The notes beneath the pieces were generated by a model. It did no database searches. It saw only the letters and a list, made by a program, of their open reading frames with translations, and was not told the DNA's origin. This document shows positions 20,572 to 30,394 of a stretch of 64,000 nt of DNA, piece after piece. This DNA is from Abditibacterium sp. (lineage in GTDB: Bacteria; Armatimonadota; Abditibacteriia; Abditibacteriales; Abditibacteriaceae): NCBI GenBank assembly GCA_965199495.1, contig CBDASK010000003.1, positions 4,160,001-4,224,000 of the forward strand. The letters run 5' to 3'. Made by a program: the position numbers and the translations under genes. Position 1 is the first letter of the stretch. The number at the start of each line of letters is the position of its first letter.

Positions 20572-21870
20572 CTAAAGAACGCGTTTGCCAGCGACGAAAG
20601 TCGCTTTAACGCGGCCTTTCACCGTTTGGCCCAGCCACGGCGAGTTTTTCGACTTCGACGCGATAGCAGCCACGTCGAGCGTCCACTCTTCGTTTGCGTC
20701 GAAAACCGTTACGTCGGCGCGCGCACCAACGTCTAAAGTTCCGCCTTCTAATCCCAAAACGCGCGCGGGCGCAATCGTCATTTTTTCGATTAACTGCGAC
20801 AAAGAAAGCGGCCCATTTTTCACCAAAGTTTGCAGCGAAATCGGCAGACTGGTTTCCAAACCGATGATGCCAAACGGCGCCTGATCGAACTCGCGATCTT
20901 TCTCGTGCGCGGCGTGCGGCGCATGATCGGTGGCGATGCAATCAAGGGTGCCATCGGCGAATCCGGCGATAATGGCGTCGGCGTCTTCTTGCGTTCGCAA
21001 CGGCGGATTCATTTTGGCGTTGGTGTTGTAGCCGCGTACGGCTTCGTCGGTGAGTCCGAAATGATGCGGCCCCGCTTCGCTTGTCACGCGCGCCCCCATA
21101 ACTTTGAATTGACGCACAATTTCAATGGCGTTTTTCGCCGTGATATGCAAAATGTGCAAATGAACGCCGGTTTCGCGCGCCAGAGCGCACGCTTTATAAA
21201 CCGCGATTTCTTCGCTCACGCGCGGCATTCCGCGCAAACCCAACTCATTAGAAACCGCGCCTTCGTTCATCACGCCGCCGCCTTTGCCAACTCCGGCGTG
21301 GCCGCCGCCCGTCAGCGCGATGTCTTCGCAGTGCAGCATCACGCACAAATCGAGCGTATTGGCGTACTGAAAAACGCGGCGCATGAAATCGGCGTCTTGA
21401 AGCGGAAACGCATCGTCGGAAACCGCGACGGCTCCGGCGCTTTTGAGGTCGGCGAATTCGGTCAACGCCTCGTTTTTGGCCGCGACCGAAATCGAGGCAA
21501 TCGGCAAAACGCGCACGCCATTGCCCTCGGCTTTCGCGCGATTCAAAATATCTTCGACGACGCTGCGATTATCAATGGTCGGCACTGTATTGGGCATCAC
21601 GCAAACCGTAGTAAATCCGCCCGCCGCCGCCGCCGCCGTCAAAGTTTGCGTGTCTTCTTTATATTCCTGGCCCGGCGTGCGCCCATGAACGTGAATATCA
21701 ACGAAGCCGGGCGCAACGATTAAATCGGTCGCATCGAACATCTCGGCGTCGTCCGCCGAGATGTTCGGGCCGATTTGCGCGATTACGTCGCCGTCGAGCA
21801 GCACATCAGCGAGTTGGTCGAAATTGTTGGCGGGGTCAATGACGCGCCCGTTTTTGATGAGTTGTTTCAT
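20572..21870 (-). CDS. pyrC: dihydroorotase
   Basis: PGFVDIHVH, MPNT.P, KMNPPLR, ATDHAPH; operon context. Confidence 0.95.
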   Translation of the reverse strand: MKQLIKNGRVIDPANNFDQLADVLLDGDVIAQIGPNISADDAEMFDATDLIVAPGFVDIHVHGRTPGQEYKEDTQTLTAAAAAGGFTTVCVMPNTVPTIDNRSVVEDILNRAKAEGNGVRVLPIASISVAAKNEALTEFADLKSAGAVAVSDDAFPLQDADFMRRVFQYANTLDLCVMLHCEDIALTGGGHAGVGKGGGVMNEGAVSNELGLRGMPRVSEEIAVYKACALARETGVHLHILHITAKNAIEIVRQFKVMGARVTSEAGPHHFGLTDEAVRGYNTNAKMNPPLRTQEDADAIIAGFADGTLDCIATDHAPHAAHEKDREFDQAPFGIIGLETSLPISLQTLVKNGPLSLSQLIEKMTIAPARVLGLEGGTLDVGARADVTVFDANEEWTLDVAAIASKSKNSPWLGQTVKGRVKATFVAGKRVL

Positions 21871-22076
21871 AGATAAGGTTTGATGAGGCGGACGCGGAAG
21901 AGCGGAATGTAAAGCAGTTCGCCCAACGAAGTTTTCAGCTTGATGATTTGGTCATCGTAATCTACCAGCGTGCCGCTATCTTTCATTGAGCTATCGCCGC
22001 CGACTGTCCACACATCAACGCGATGACCGCGCAATTCTTCGAGTAATTTCATGAGTTTTTTATTTGAAGGGGCCAT
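21867..22076 (-). CDS. small protein, possible Sm/LSm-like fold
   Basis: 69 aa, helix followed by V.V..G.LVDYDD..I.L...YIP...V pattern; overlaps the pyrC start. Confidence 0.6.
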   Translation of the reverse strand: MAPSNKKLMKLLEELRGHRVDVWTVGGDSSMKDSGTLVDYDDQIIKLKTSLGELLYIPLFRVRLIKPYL

Positions 22077-22260
22077 CGGTTTTCGACCACGGCGAATCGC
22101 TTTTCGAGGGCTTACCTGAAGCTGCTTTTTGAGGCTGGGGTTGCGGCTCTTTTTGTGGTGGCGCCGGACGCGATTTTTTGCGATTGGAGCGCGCGAAAAT
22201 TCTCAATAAGAGCGCGCCTATAACAAAAATATATTTGATGAGATGCGGATCGAATTTCAA
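22060..22260 (-). CDS. small single-TM hypothetical protein
   Basis: Overlaps the pyrB stop (ATGA); hydrophobic N-terminus and Pro/Lys-rich tail. Confidence 0.5.
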   Translation of the reverse strand: MKFDPHLIKYIFVIGALLLRIFARSNRKKSRPAPPQKEPQPQPQKAASGKPSKSDSPWSKTDGPFK

Positions 22261-23192
22261 GATTCTTCGCCTCCCATCAACTGATAAAGCACCGCCATGC
22301 GAACAGCCACGCCGTTGGTGACCTGATTCAAAATCACGCTTTGCGGCCCATCGGCCACATCATCCGAAATCTCGACGCCGCGATTAATCGGGCCGGGGTG
22401 CATCAAAATCGCGTCGGGTTTGGCCAATTTTAATCGGCGCGCATTAATGCCATACAATTTGGCGAACTCAGACGTATTGGGCAAATACGCGCCGTTCATC
22501 CGTTCGTTTTGCAAGCGCAGCGTCATCACGACATCGGCGCCTTCGACGGCGGCGTCGCAATCGGAAGTGACGCGACACGGCAATTGCGCAAATTCGGGCG
22601 GCAACAAAGTTTGCGGGCCGCACAACGTCAAATCGGCGCCCATCGTGAGCAAGCCGTGAATATCAGAGCGAGCCACGCGCGAATGCAACAAGTCGCCGAT
22701 AATCGTGACTTTCAGACCTTCGATTGCGCCTTTGTGATGGCGAATCGTCAGCAAATCCAAAAGTCCCTGCGTCGGGTGTTCGTGCTGACCGTCGCCCGCG
22801 TTGACGATGTGAAAATCGTAGCCGAACTTGCCCGAATATGAAGCGGCTAATTCGGGCGCGCCCGAACTTTGATGGCGAATCACGAAGCACTGTGCGCCCA
22901 TCGCGGCCATCGTCAAAAGCGTATCTTTGAGCGTTTCGCCTTTGGAAACGCTCGACGTGGCTACTGTTAGCGAGCTGGTGTCAGCGGACATCGTTTTGGC
23001 GGCCATCTCGAAACTGGCGCGCGTGCGGGTCGAAGGCTCGAAGAATAAGGTGCAAACCGATTTGCCGCGCAACGCGGGCGTTTTCTTGATTGGGCGCGCC
23101 AAAACTTCGCGCATGGCGTCGGCGGTGTCGAGATATTGATTGATTTCGGCGCGCGACAAATCGGCGAGACCGAGCAAATGTTTGGGTTTCAT
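22257..23192 (-). CDS. pyrB: aspartate carbamoyltransferase catalytic subunit
   Basis: FFEPSTRTRASFE, NAGDG.HEHPTQ, MHPGPINRG. Confidence 0.97.
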   Translation of the reverse strand: MKPKHLLGLADLSRAEINQYLDTADAMREVLARPIKKTPALRGKSVCTLFFEPSTRTRASFEMAAKTMSADTSSLTVATSSVSKGETLKDTLLTMAAMGAQCFVIRHQSSGAPELAASYSGKFGYDFHIVNAGDGQHEHPTQGLLDLLTIRHHKGAIEGLKVTIIGDLLHSRVARSDIHGLLTMGADLTLCGPQTLLPPEFAQLPCRVTSDCDAAVEGADVVMTLRLQNERMNGAYLPNTSEFAKLYGINARRLKLAKPDAILMHPGPINRGVEISDDVADGPQSVILNQVTNGVAVRMAVLYQLMGGEES

Positions 23193-23201
23193 AACGGCGT
23201 C

Positions 23202-23726
23202 CTATTGGATAATTATCTCGTCCGCGTTGTCCGTTTCGCTCAAATGCACTTTCACCGTTTGCGATTTTTCGGTCGGGATATTTTTGCCGACGTAATCAGC
23301 GCGAATCGGCAATTCGCGATGGCCTCTGTCCACCAGAACCGCGAGTTGCACGCCCGCCGGACGCCCGAAATCGGAAAGCGCATCCAAAGCCGCACGAATC
23401 GTGCGACCGGTGAACAAAACGTCGTCCACCAAAACCACGACTTTGCCCGAAACATCGAATGGAATCTGCGAAACCTTGGGCGAGGCGGCGCGCAAATGAT
23501 AATCGTCGCGATGTAGGGCAATATCCAAAGCGCCTTCCAAAGGTTTGGCGCCTTCGATTGTTTCCAGATGAGCCGCGATGCGATGCGCCAAAGGCACACC
23601 GCGCGTGCGCAGACCGACGATGGCGAGATTCGCCGTGCCGCGATTGCGTTCGGCGATTTCATGGGCGATGCGCTTCAAAGCGCGCTCGATGTCGGCGCTG
23701 TCGAGTAGGGTTTTAGAGTTGATCAA
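23202..23726 (-). CDS. pyrR: pyrimidine regulatory protein / uracil phosphoribosyltransferase
   Basis: [40 protein letters not shown]; likely TTG start at 23726 after GAGG. Confidence 0.95.
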   Translation of the reverse strand: MINSKTLLDSADIERALKRIAHEIAERNRGTANLAIVGLRTRGVPLAHRIAAHLETIEGAKPLEGALDIALHRDDYHLRAASPKVSQIPFDVSGKVVVLVDDVLFTGRTIRAALDALSDFGRPAGVQLAVLVDRGHRELPIRADYVGKNIPTEKSQTVKVHLSETDNADEIIIQ

Positions 23727-23740
23727 AAGAAACCTCGCAC

Positions 23741-23865
23741 AAAAAAACGGCCCAATTCGCGTTTTGTAGAACGCGAATTGGGCCGCCAGAAAACGCGCGC
23801 ATGGGCGCGCCAAAAAGTTGAATCATGGTTGAACCTTGCGCGCCTCGCTGGACGCGCTTAAAAGA
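23741..23865 (-). promoter_or_regulatory. PyrR-binding loop plus attenuator terminator
   Basis: Minus strand UCUUUUAA..CGUCCAGCGAGGCG (23834-23865) resembles the PyrR binding consensus; hairpin CGGCCCAATTCGCG/CGCGAATTGGGCCG plus U7 at 23741-23785. Confidence 0.85.
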
Positions 23866-23981
23866 ACGAATCAAAGGATAAAGCGAAATTCGCTGGGCGT
23901 CAACGTTGCAACTCGGTATTCGTTTTGCTAAATTCGTAACTCTTGCGGTTGCTAATTTGGGCGACGGCACTCCAAATTCCC

Positions 23982-24647
23982 ATGAACAATTCCGAATTCT
24001 CGCCGGTGAGCGGCGAAACCATTGACGGCGCTTTGAACTGGCGCTATGCGACCAAACAATTCGATTCGTCGAAGCAGTTGACGGACGAGCAGTGGAGCGT
24101 TTTGCAAAATTCGCTGCATCTGGCGGCTTCGAGCTTTGGCTTGCAGCCGTGGAAGTTCGTCGTCATTTCCGACCCGGACAAAAAGGCGGCCCTCGTGCCC
24201 GATGCGTGGGGCCAAAGTCAGGTCGCCGACTGCTCGCATTTGGTGGTTATCGCCGCCAAAAAGACGATGAGCGTCGAAGACGTTGACAAACTGATGCAAG
24301 CCACGGCGGCGGCGCGCGGCGCCGATGCGACTTCTCTGGACGGCTACAAAGGCATGATCGTCGGTGGCCTGAGCGCGCGCACGCCCGAATGGATCGCGGC
24401 CTGGAATGCACGCCAATGTTATATTCCTCTGGGATTTTTACTCCAGTCCGCCGCGCTAATGCAAATTGACGCCTGTCCGATGGAAGGTTTGGTGCCCGAA
24501 AAATTCGACGAGCAGTTGGGTTTGACCGATTCGGATTACACCTCGGTCGTAATGTGCGCATTGGGCTTTCGCGCCGACGACGATAAATACGCCGACTTGG
24601 CGAAAGTGCGCTACGAAACCAGCGATGTTTTCGAGTTCATCGGTTGA
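23982..24647 (+). CDS. NAD(P)H nitroreductase (NfsB-like)
   Basis: WRYATKQFD, ASSFGLQPWKF, DACPMEG, KVR. Confidence 0.9.
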   Translation: MNNSEFSPVSGETIDGALNWRYATKQFDSSKQLTDEQWSVLQNSLHLAASSFGLQPWKFVVISDPDKKAALVPDAWGQSQVADCSHLVVIAAKKTMSVEDVDKLMQATAAARGADATSLDGYKGMIVGGLSARTPEWIAAWNARQCYIPLGFLLQSAALMQIDACPMEGLVPEKFDEQLGLTDSDYTSVVMCALGFRADDDKYADLAKVRYETSDVFEFIG

Positions 24648-24663
24648 TTCAACCAAAGCAAGC

Positions 24664-24700
24664 AAGACGGCGTGGCTGCATTAAGCAGCCACGCCGTCTT
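24664..24700. terminator. terminator-like hairpin built from an inverted pair of the GCAGCCACG motif
   Basis: AAGACGGCGTGGCTGC-ATTAA-GCAGCCACGCCGTCTT between convergent genes. Confidence 0.8.
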
Positions 24701-24722
24701 TGTGTCGCAGGTTTCAAAGCGA

Positions 24723-25577
24723 TTAGCGATTCATATTCATATTCGCCGTCATTTGATTGATGTCGCGGACGATGGTGTCCATGCTCGTCATGTCAATCGG
24801 TTTGCCCATGAGCGCGGGCGTAACACCGGGTGGAACCGGCGGAAGCGGCGGGCGCAGTTCGCTGCCGGGCGCTTTGATTTGTTTGGCGACGTTGTAAATC
24901 AAAATCGTGTGGCCCACGATGTCGGGCAAATACTGGCCCGCATAGCCTTTGAGGGCATCGTCCATGCCCGCGTTGGTTTCGCTGGCAAAGAGCGCGATGG
25001 TGTTCTCGTGGTCGGCGGTTTGTCCGGCCATATACATTTTGTCGAAGTTATCGCTTTTCGCTTTTTTTAGCGCATCGTAGACCGCCATGTGAGGCGCGCT
25101 CAGCATCGGCATCATCGTCATGTTTTTGGCGCGCATCAGTTGCATCAAATCGTTCTGCGCTTTGGTGTGGCCCATCAAAATCACCTGCGCAGTCTGGCGC
25201 ACGCCCGCGTTTTTGGATTTATTCAGTGCCAACTGTGCGAAAGTGATTTCGGCCAGATTGCCCTCGGCGGCGCGCGCGCCAAACAGTTGGTCTTGCGCCG
25301 ACATCATGCCGGGCATCGGCATTGTGCCAGTCGCCATCATGCTCGGCGCTGGCGTCATGTTATCCTGCGTCATGTTGCCCTGCATCGAGTTTGCGGGCAT
25401 CGCGTTGGGCGGAGTGGGAATGTCGAGAATATCGTCGGCGGGGCGCACGAAACCGGGCGTCGTTCCGGGCGTGGTGTTGGGAATCATCGGCACCGTATCG
25501 CCCGCCATTTGCGCCTGAGCCGCAGCCGCCAGCGCGCTCAAAGCGGCGGCAGTGAGCAGAGAAGATTTGAGTTTCAT
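24723..25577 (-). CDS. DUF4142 domain secreted protein
   Basis: Signal peptide; AAEGNLAEI..QLAL, FDKMYM..Q..DH..TIALF. Confidence 0.8.
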   Translation of the reverse strand: MKLKSSLLTAAALSALAAAAQAQMAGDTVPMIPNTTPGTTPGFVRPADDILDIPTPPNAMPANSMQGNMTQDNMTPAPSMMATGTMPMPGMMSAQDQLFGARAAEGNLAEITFAQLALNKSKNAGVRQTAQVILMGHTKAQNDLMQLMRAKNMTMMPMLSAPHMAVYDALKKAKSDNFDKMYMAGQTADHENTIALFASETNAGMDDALKGYAGQYLPDIVGHTILIYNVAKQIKAPGSELRPPLPPVPPGVTPALMGKPIDMTSMDTIVRDINQMTANMNMNR

Positions 25578-25810
25578 TGGAGTGAGAAAAGCCGCCATGA
25601 GAAGTGTTGTTGGTGCGGCTGAGAGCGGATTGTCAAATCGTATGCCCCGGATTGACTTAATCGAAGCGACAGGGGATTCACGCGCAAATTACAGGGAAGT
25701 CACCCGTGCCGCGTTGCGTCCCTTGGTTGGCTTTGACGCCAAACTGAAAGCCTCGATGGGACGCAATAAAACGCGACGAACTCCGCCCAAAATCGGGCAA
25801 ACTACGTTCG

Positions 25811-26494
25811 ATGAAACCCCTTCTCATTGTCCTCGCTGCGCTGATTGTGGGCGCTCCCGTCGTTTATGCGCAGGACGAAACGCCGTTGGCAATTGCGAGC
25901 GTGCCGCAACGCGCCAAAAATGCCGAAGCGTTCGCGCCGCGCGGTTGGAAAATCGAGAAAATCGCGCGCGGCGATCTCAATCGCGACGGGCGCGCCGATG
26001 CCGCGATTGTTTTGGTCGAAGCCAAAGATTCGCACGTCGAAGCGGGCGTGCCGATGGGCCGCCAGCGCGCGCTCGTCATCGCGTTGCGCCAGAGGCGCGG
26101 TTGGAAGCGCGTCGGCTTTAGCAACCAATTATTATTGGGCACGCGCGGCGGCGGCGCGTTCTACGGCATGACCGATGCGCCCGTCGAAGTTTCGATTCGC
26201 AAAGGCGTCGTGAGAGTCGGCATGGAGTTCGGTTCGCGCGAAGTCACAGCCACGACGCACCGTTTGCGCTGGGAACCGAAGCGCCGCGCGGTCTACGTGA
26301 TTGGCATGGATTCGATTACGCGTGACCGGGCGACTGGCAATCACCAAGATATGAGCGTGAACTATCTGACGGGCGAAAAACAAGTTACGACTTCGACGTT
26401 GGGCGGTAATGTCGGGAAAACCGTCAACAGCAAAATCGCGCGCCGGTGGCTCTGGTTGGGCGCCGTCAAAGAAGACGACCGTTATACGCTGTAA
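25811..26494 (+). CDS. secreted hypothetical protein
   Basis: Signal peptide; P.GW.IE...GDLNRDG..D motif. Confidence 0.7.
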   Translation: MKPLLIVLAALIVGAPVVYAQDETPLAIASVPQRAKNAEAFAPRGWKIEKIARGDLNRDGRADAAIVLVEAKDSHVEAGVPMGRQRALVIALRQRRGWKRVGFSNQLLLGTRGGGAFYGMTDAPVEVSIRKGVVRVGMEFGSREVTATTHRLRWEPKRRAVYVIGMDSITRDRATGNHQDMSVNYLTGEKQVTTSTLGGNVGKTVNSKIARRWLWLGAVKEDDRYTL

Positions 26495-26586
26495 CGCGAA
26501 CTGACGTTTGCGAATCGCGGGCGAGTTGAACTTAAACGCACTTTCGGCGTCCGCCACACGCGCGGTTGGAAAGTGCCGCATTTCGC

Positions 26587-27243
26587 ATGAACGCATTGAA
26601 TTCCTGGATACTGGCGCAGGGCGGACTCGCCGGTTTGGGCGTCGAAATCGCCCGCTACTCGCTCGTCGTTTTTTCGGTTGTCTCGTTGGCCGTCGTCATC
26701 GAGCGGGCGCTGGTTTTGCGCCGCATCCGCCGCGACGAAACGGCGCTTTATCCCCAAATCATCGCGCAATTGCCCGCAGTGAGCAGCGAAATCAACGCGC
26801 CGTGCGTTGCCATCGCGCGCGCCGGAAAAGAGCAATTGGAACGCAATGTGGCGCGCATCCGCGAGGCGACCGAAAGCGCGACGACGCTTGAAATCGCGCG
26901 TTTGCAGTTCAACTTGCCGATTCTGGCGAGCGCGGCTTCGACGGCGCCTTACATCGGATTATTCGGCACGGTGCTGGGCATTTTGGCGGCGTTTGGCGAA
27001 ATCGCGCGGTCGGGACAGACCGGCGCCAGCGTCGTCGCGGGTGGCATCACCGAGGCTTTGACGGCGACGGCGTTGGGTTTGGGCGTGGCGATTCCGGCGG
27101 TTTTGGCCTACAACTATTTTTCGGGACGCGTCAACGCCCTCGCGCTGCAAATCGAATTGCATGCCCTCGAAATCGCCGCGCGCCTTGAAGAACTCGCCGA
27201 AGAAAAATTGGCCGCAACGGGGGAGGCGCAAACCGATGCCTAA
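26587..27243 (+). CDS. exbB: MotA/TolQ/ExbB proton channel protein
   Basis: APYIGLFGTVLGI, GGITEALTATALGLGVAIPA. Confidence 0.9.
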   Translation: MNALNSWILAQGGLAGLGVEIARYSLVVFSVVSLAVVIERALVLRRIRRDETALYPQIIAQLPAVSSEINAPCVAIARAGKEQLERNVARIREATESATTLEIARLQFNLPILASAASTAPYIGLFGTVLGILAAFGEIARSGQTGASVVAGGITEALTATALGLGVAIPAVLAYNYFSGRVNALALQIELHALEIAARLEELAEEKLAATGEAQTDA

Positions 27244-27667
27244 AGTCACTGGCGGCGTCAATCGCCGTCGCACGGCGCCGATGGCCGAAATTAACATCAT
27301 TCCGCTCGTGGACGTGATGCTGGTTCTGCTGATCATTTTCATGGTGACGACGGCGTTTACCAAAGACACCGAATTGGGACTGAAATTGCCTCAGGCCGCG
27401 AGCGGCGTTGCGGCGCCCCAGCAGAACCGCGATTTGACTATCGCCTTGACGCGCGCGGGCGCGCTCATTGCCGATGGCCAAAGCGTGACGCCCGCGCAGT
27501 TGCCCGCGTTGATGCGCGCCCGCCTGAAAAGCGACCCGAAAGTGAAAGTGATTATCAAGGGCGACGGCGGCGTGGCTTATGAGCGCGTGGTGAAAGTGAT
27601 GGATAGCGCGCGCCAGGCCGGGCTGACCAGCGTCTCGCTGGGCACGCGTCAATCCGACGAAAAGTGA
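27236..27667 (+). CDS. exbD: ExbD/TolR biopolymer transporter
   Basis: AEINIIPLVDVMLVLLIIFMV, V.IKGD..V.Y..VV.VMD. Confidence 0.92.
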   Translation: MPKVTGGVNRRRTAPMAEINIIPLVDVMLVLLIIFMVTTAFTKDTELGLKLPQAASGVAAPQQNRDLTIALTRAGALIADGQSVTPAQLPALMRARLKSDPKVKVIIKGDGGVAYERVVKVMDSARQAGLTSVSLGTRQSDEK

Positions 27668-29124
27668 GTTGTGCGGAAACAGAACTTACGACGATGATGC
27701 GATTCGATTTGTCCAACTGGCGCCGGGGAATTTGGCCGCTCGTGATGGGTTCGCTGGCGTTGCACGCGCTGATCTTGTTGCTGGCAAGCCGCATCCCCGC
27801 CGCAGCCACGCCGCCCGACGAGCGCCTCGTCGAAGTTCAATTGGCGCCCGCGCCAACAGTCGTGCCAACGCGTCAACCGCCAGCCAAAACCAAGAAATCG
27901 CCGTTGCCCATCGCTACCAAAAAGCGCGCGATTCAGCCCCAACTAACGCAACCGCGCCAAAAGCCCAGAGTTGTGCCGACGCGCGCGCCCGTTGTCGCGC
28001 CGCTTCCCACGCCGATTGTGACGACTCCGCCGCCACGAAAGCGCGTGACGCCGGTCATCGCGCCAACGGCGTTGCCCGTCGCGACGGCTGTGCCGCAACC
28101 GAGCGTGGCCGCCACGCCGATTCCCCGGCGTTTGCCGCCTTCGTCGAACGCCGCGCCAACACCGACGGCGCCGACGAAAAGCAATTCGACCGGCACAGGA
28201 AAAGGCGAAGGGAGCGGCGAGGGCGCCGGGAAAGGCGAAGGAAACGGTGAGGGCGCGGGGAAGGGTGAAGGTAAAGGCGCGGGCAAAGGGAGTGGTGAAG
28301 GCAAAGGCGAGGGCAGCGGCAAAGGAAACGGAAACGGTAGCGGCGAAGGAGACGGAAACGGCGAGGGCAGCGGCAAAGGTAACGGAAATGGTAGCGGCGA
28401 AGGAGACGGAAACGGCGCTGGCAAAGGAAATGGTAACGGTAACGGTAACGGAAATGGAAGTGGCGACGGAAACGGCGCGGGTGGCGGGAACGGTTCGGGC
28501 GCTGGCGGCGGCGGAAATGGCGGAGGAGGAGGCGGAAAAGGGGGCGGCGGGCCGTTTGGTGTGGGCGGCGGGGGCGGGCAGGGCGCGCGGCGCATCATCT
28601 ATGTTTTGGATGTTTCGCCGAGCATGGAAGATCGGATGGAGCGCGCCAATGCCGAATTGAGTCAGGCGCTCGATAATCTGGTGCCGGGCGAAACCTTCGA
28701 TATTATCGCGTTTGATGCGAAGGCTTATCTGCTCGATAAAGCACTGTTGCCCGCGACGCCCGCCAACCTCGCGCGGGCGCGCAAGTTTCTGGAAGACCTG
28801 CGCTTGGATGTGCAAGAGGGCCGAAGTAATGGCACCAACTTGCAGCTGGCTTTGCGCCGCGCGCTGCAAACCCGCGCGGTCAACGTCGTCGTCGTTATCA
28901 CCGATGGCGAGCCGACCATCGGACAAACCGATTTCGCGGCGATTGCGAAAAAAGCGCGCCAGCTCAATAAAACTAAAGCGCGCATTGATACCGTCGGTCT
29001 GGTCGGGCACAACCCCGACGGTTCGCAGGATACGTTCGATGCCGGGCGTTTGCTGCAACAGATCGCCCGCGAAAGCGGCGGCCAATTCAAAGCCGTCGAA
29101 GACGAAGGCGCTGCACTGAAATAA
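27664..29124 (+). CDS. TonB-like membrane-anchored Pro/Gly-rich protein with C-terminal vWA domain
   Basis: N-terminal TM with SLALH (TonB-type S..H), Pro/Thr-rich spacer, Gly-rich tract, MIDAS DVSPS..T..ITDGEP. Confidence 0.8.
   Translation: MSCAETELTTMMRFDLSNWRRGIWPLVMGSLALHALILLLASRIPAAATPPDERLVEVQLAPAPTVVPTRQPPAKTKKSPLPIATKKRAIQPQLTQPRQKPRVVPTRAPVVAPLPTPIVTTPPPRKRVTPVIAPTALPVATAVPQPSVAATPIPRRLPPSSNAAPTPTAPTKSNSTGTGKGEGSGEGAGKGEGNGEGAGKGEGKGAGKGSGEGKGEGSGKGNGNGSGEGDGNGEGSGKGNGNGSGEGDGNGAGKGNGNGNGNGNGSGDGNGAGGGNGSGAGGGGNGGGGGGKGGGGPFGVGGGGGQGARRIIYVLDVSPSMEDRMERANAELSQALDNLVPGETFDIIAFDAKAYLLDKALLPATPANLARARKFLEDLRLDVQEGRSNGTNLQLALRRALQTRAVNVVVVITDGEPTIGQTDFAAIAKKARQLNKTKARIDTVGLVGHNPDGSQDTFDAGRLLQQIARESGGQFKAVEDEGAALK
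28190..28580 (+). repeat. low-complexity (G-x)n coding repeat (GKGEG/GNGNG)
   Basis: Degenerate tandem codon repeats inside the vWA gene. Confidence 0.85.
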
Positions 29125-29195
29125 GCCGCCCAAACACCGCTTGCTAAACTCTAATCGTTGGCAGTCTGCATTTAGCACGCGCACTTCCGAAAATT

Positions 29196-30047
29196 ATGAA
29201 TAACTCACTTTCTCCGCTCGCTGTTGGCGTGATGACCGGACTTGCTGATGGCCCGCTCGCCGGTTTGCAAACCGTGCGCGACGCCGATATTGGAACGGTT
29301 CATTTGCAATATCCGGCGCGGTTCGACAACGCCGATGGCATCGAAGCGATTCGCGATGCCGTCCGTCAGACCGGCGTCGCGATTACCACGGTTTTCTGCG
29401 GTTTTGAAGGTGAATCTTACGCCGATATTCCCACTGTTATCAATACGGTTGGTCTGGTGCCCGAAGAGCCACGCGAAGCGCGCGTCGAGAAAATCGAGCA
29501 GATTTCCAAGTTCGCGCGCGAGTTGGGCGTGGCACGCGTCGGCGCGCACATCGGTTTTATTCCACACGACAAATCCGATCCGCGCTATGATGCCCTCGTC
29601 GAAACCGTGCGCGGCATCTGCGACGCGTTGGCGGCGCGCGAGCAGGTTTTCGCGCTCGAAACCGGACAGGAAACCGCCGAATCGTTGAAAGAATTTATTT
29701 CGGACGTGAAACGCGATAATTTAAAAGTCAATTTCGATCCGGCCAACATGATTTTGTATGGCACGCAAGAACCGATTCCAGCGACCGAACTGCTGTTTCC
29801 GTGGATTGATGGCGTGCATTGCAAAGATGGCACTTGGCCGACGCAGGAAAACCAATTGGGACACGAAACTCCGTTCGGCGCGGGCGCGGTTGATGCGGCG
29901 GCGTGGCTGCAAACATTGATCGAATTGGGCTATCGCGGGCCGTTGACCATCGAACGCGAAATTAGTGGCCCCGACCAATTGCGCGATATTGTCGCGGCGA
30001 AAGAGTTGATCGAAAGCGTTGTGGGCGAAGCGGGTGTTGAGAATTAG
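29196..30047 (+). CDS. sugar phosphate isomerase/epimerase (TIM barrel)
   Basis: ALETGQE, NFDPANM, HCKDG, TIERE metal-binding motifs. Confidence 0.88.
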   Translation: MNNSLSPLAVGVMTGLADGPLAGLQTVRDADIGTVHLQYPARFDNADGIEAIRDAVRQTGVAITTVFCGFEGESYADIPTVINTVGLVPEEPREARVEKIEQISKFARELGVARVGAHIGFIPHDKSDPRYDALVETVRGICDALAAREQVFALETGQETAESLKEFISDVKRDNLKVNFDPANMILYGTQEPIPATELLFPWIDGVHCKDGTWPTQENQLGHETPFGAGAVDAAAWLQTLIELGYRGPLTIEREISGPDQLRDIVAAKELIESVVGEAGVEN

Positions 30048-30081
30048 AAAAGAAATTTGATTCGCCAAGATAATATTAATT

Positions 30082-30120
30082 AAAAACGCCTCGATTGAAA
30101 ATTTCAATCGAGGCGTTTTT
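30082..30120. terminator. bidirectional terminator
   Basis: AAAAACGCCTCGATTGAAA / TTTCAATCGAGGCGTTTTT. Confidence 0.85.
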
Positions 30121-30136
30121 GGATATGAATAAAATT

Positions 30137-30208
30137 TACCGACAGTAGGAATCGAACCTACATCAGCGGATTAGAAGGCCGCGGCTCTATCCATTGAGCT
30201 ATGTCGGC
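30137..30208 (-). tRNA. tRNA-Arg(TCT)
   Basis: GCCGACA acceptor stem, TAGCTCAATGGATAGAGC D-arm, CTTCTAA loop, GGTTCGATTCC T-arm; CCA not encoded. Confidence 0.92.
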
Positions 30209-30289
30209 GATTTTGTAACGCGCGAGGAAAACGCGCATCAAAAAACGCAAAAAGCGCGATAAAAAATCGCGCTTTGAAGTTGCATTCTC

Positions 30290-30360
30290 AGCAGGGAACG
30301 GGAATCGAACCCGTACTATCAGTTTGGAAGACTGAAGTTCTACCACTAAACTACCCCTGC
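30290..30360 (-). tRNA. tRNA-Gly(TCC)
   Basis: GCAGGGG acceptor stem, TCAGT-CTTCCAA-ACTGA anticodon arm, GGTTCGATTCC. Confidence 0.93.
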
Positions 30361-30394
30361 GAATCTCGTTCTGGGACAACGAGAAAAATCTCTA

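Noticed and set aside
23727..23813. N-terminal extension of pyrR in the ORF track
   Set aside because: It runs through the attenuator hairpin; the TTG at 23726 with an RBS is the better start.
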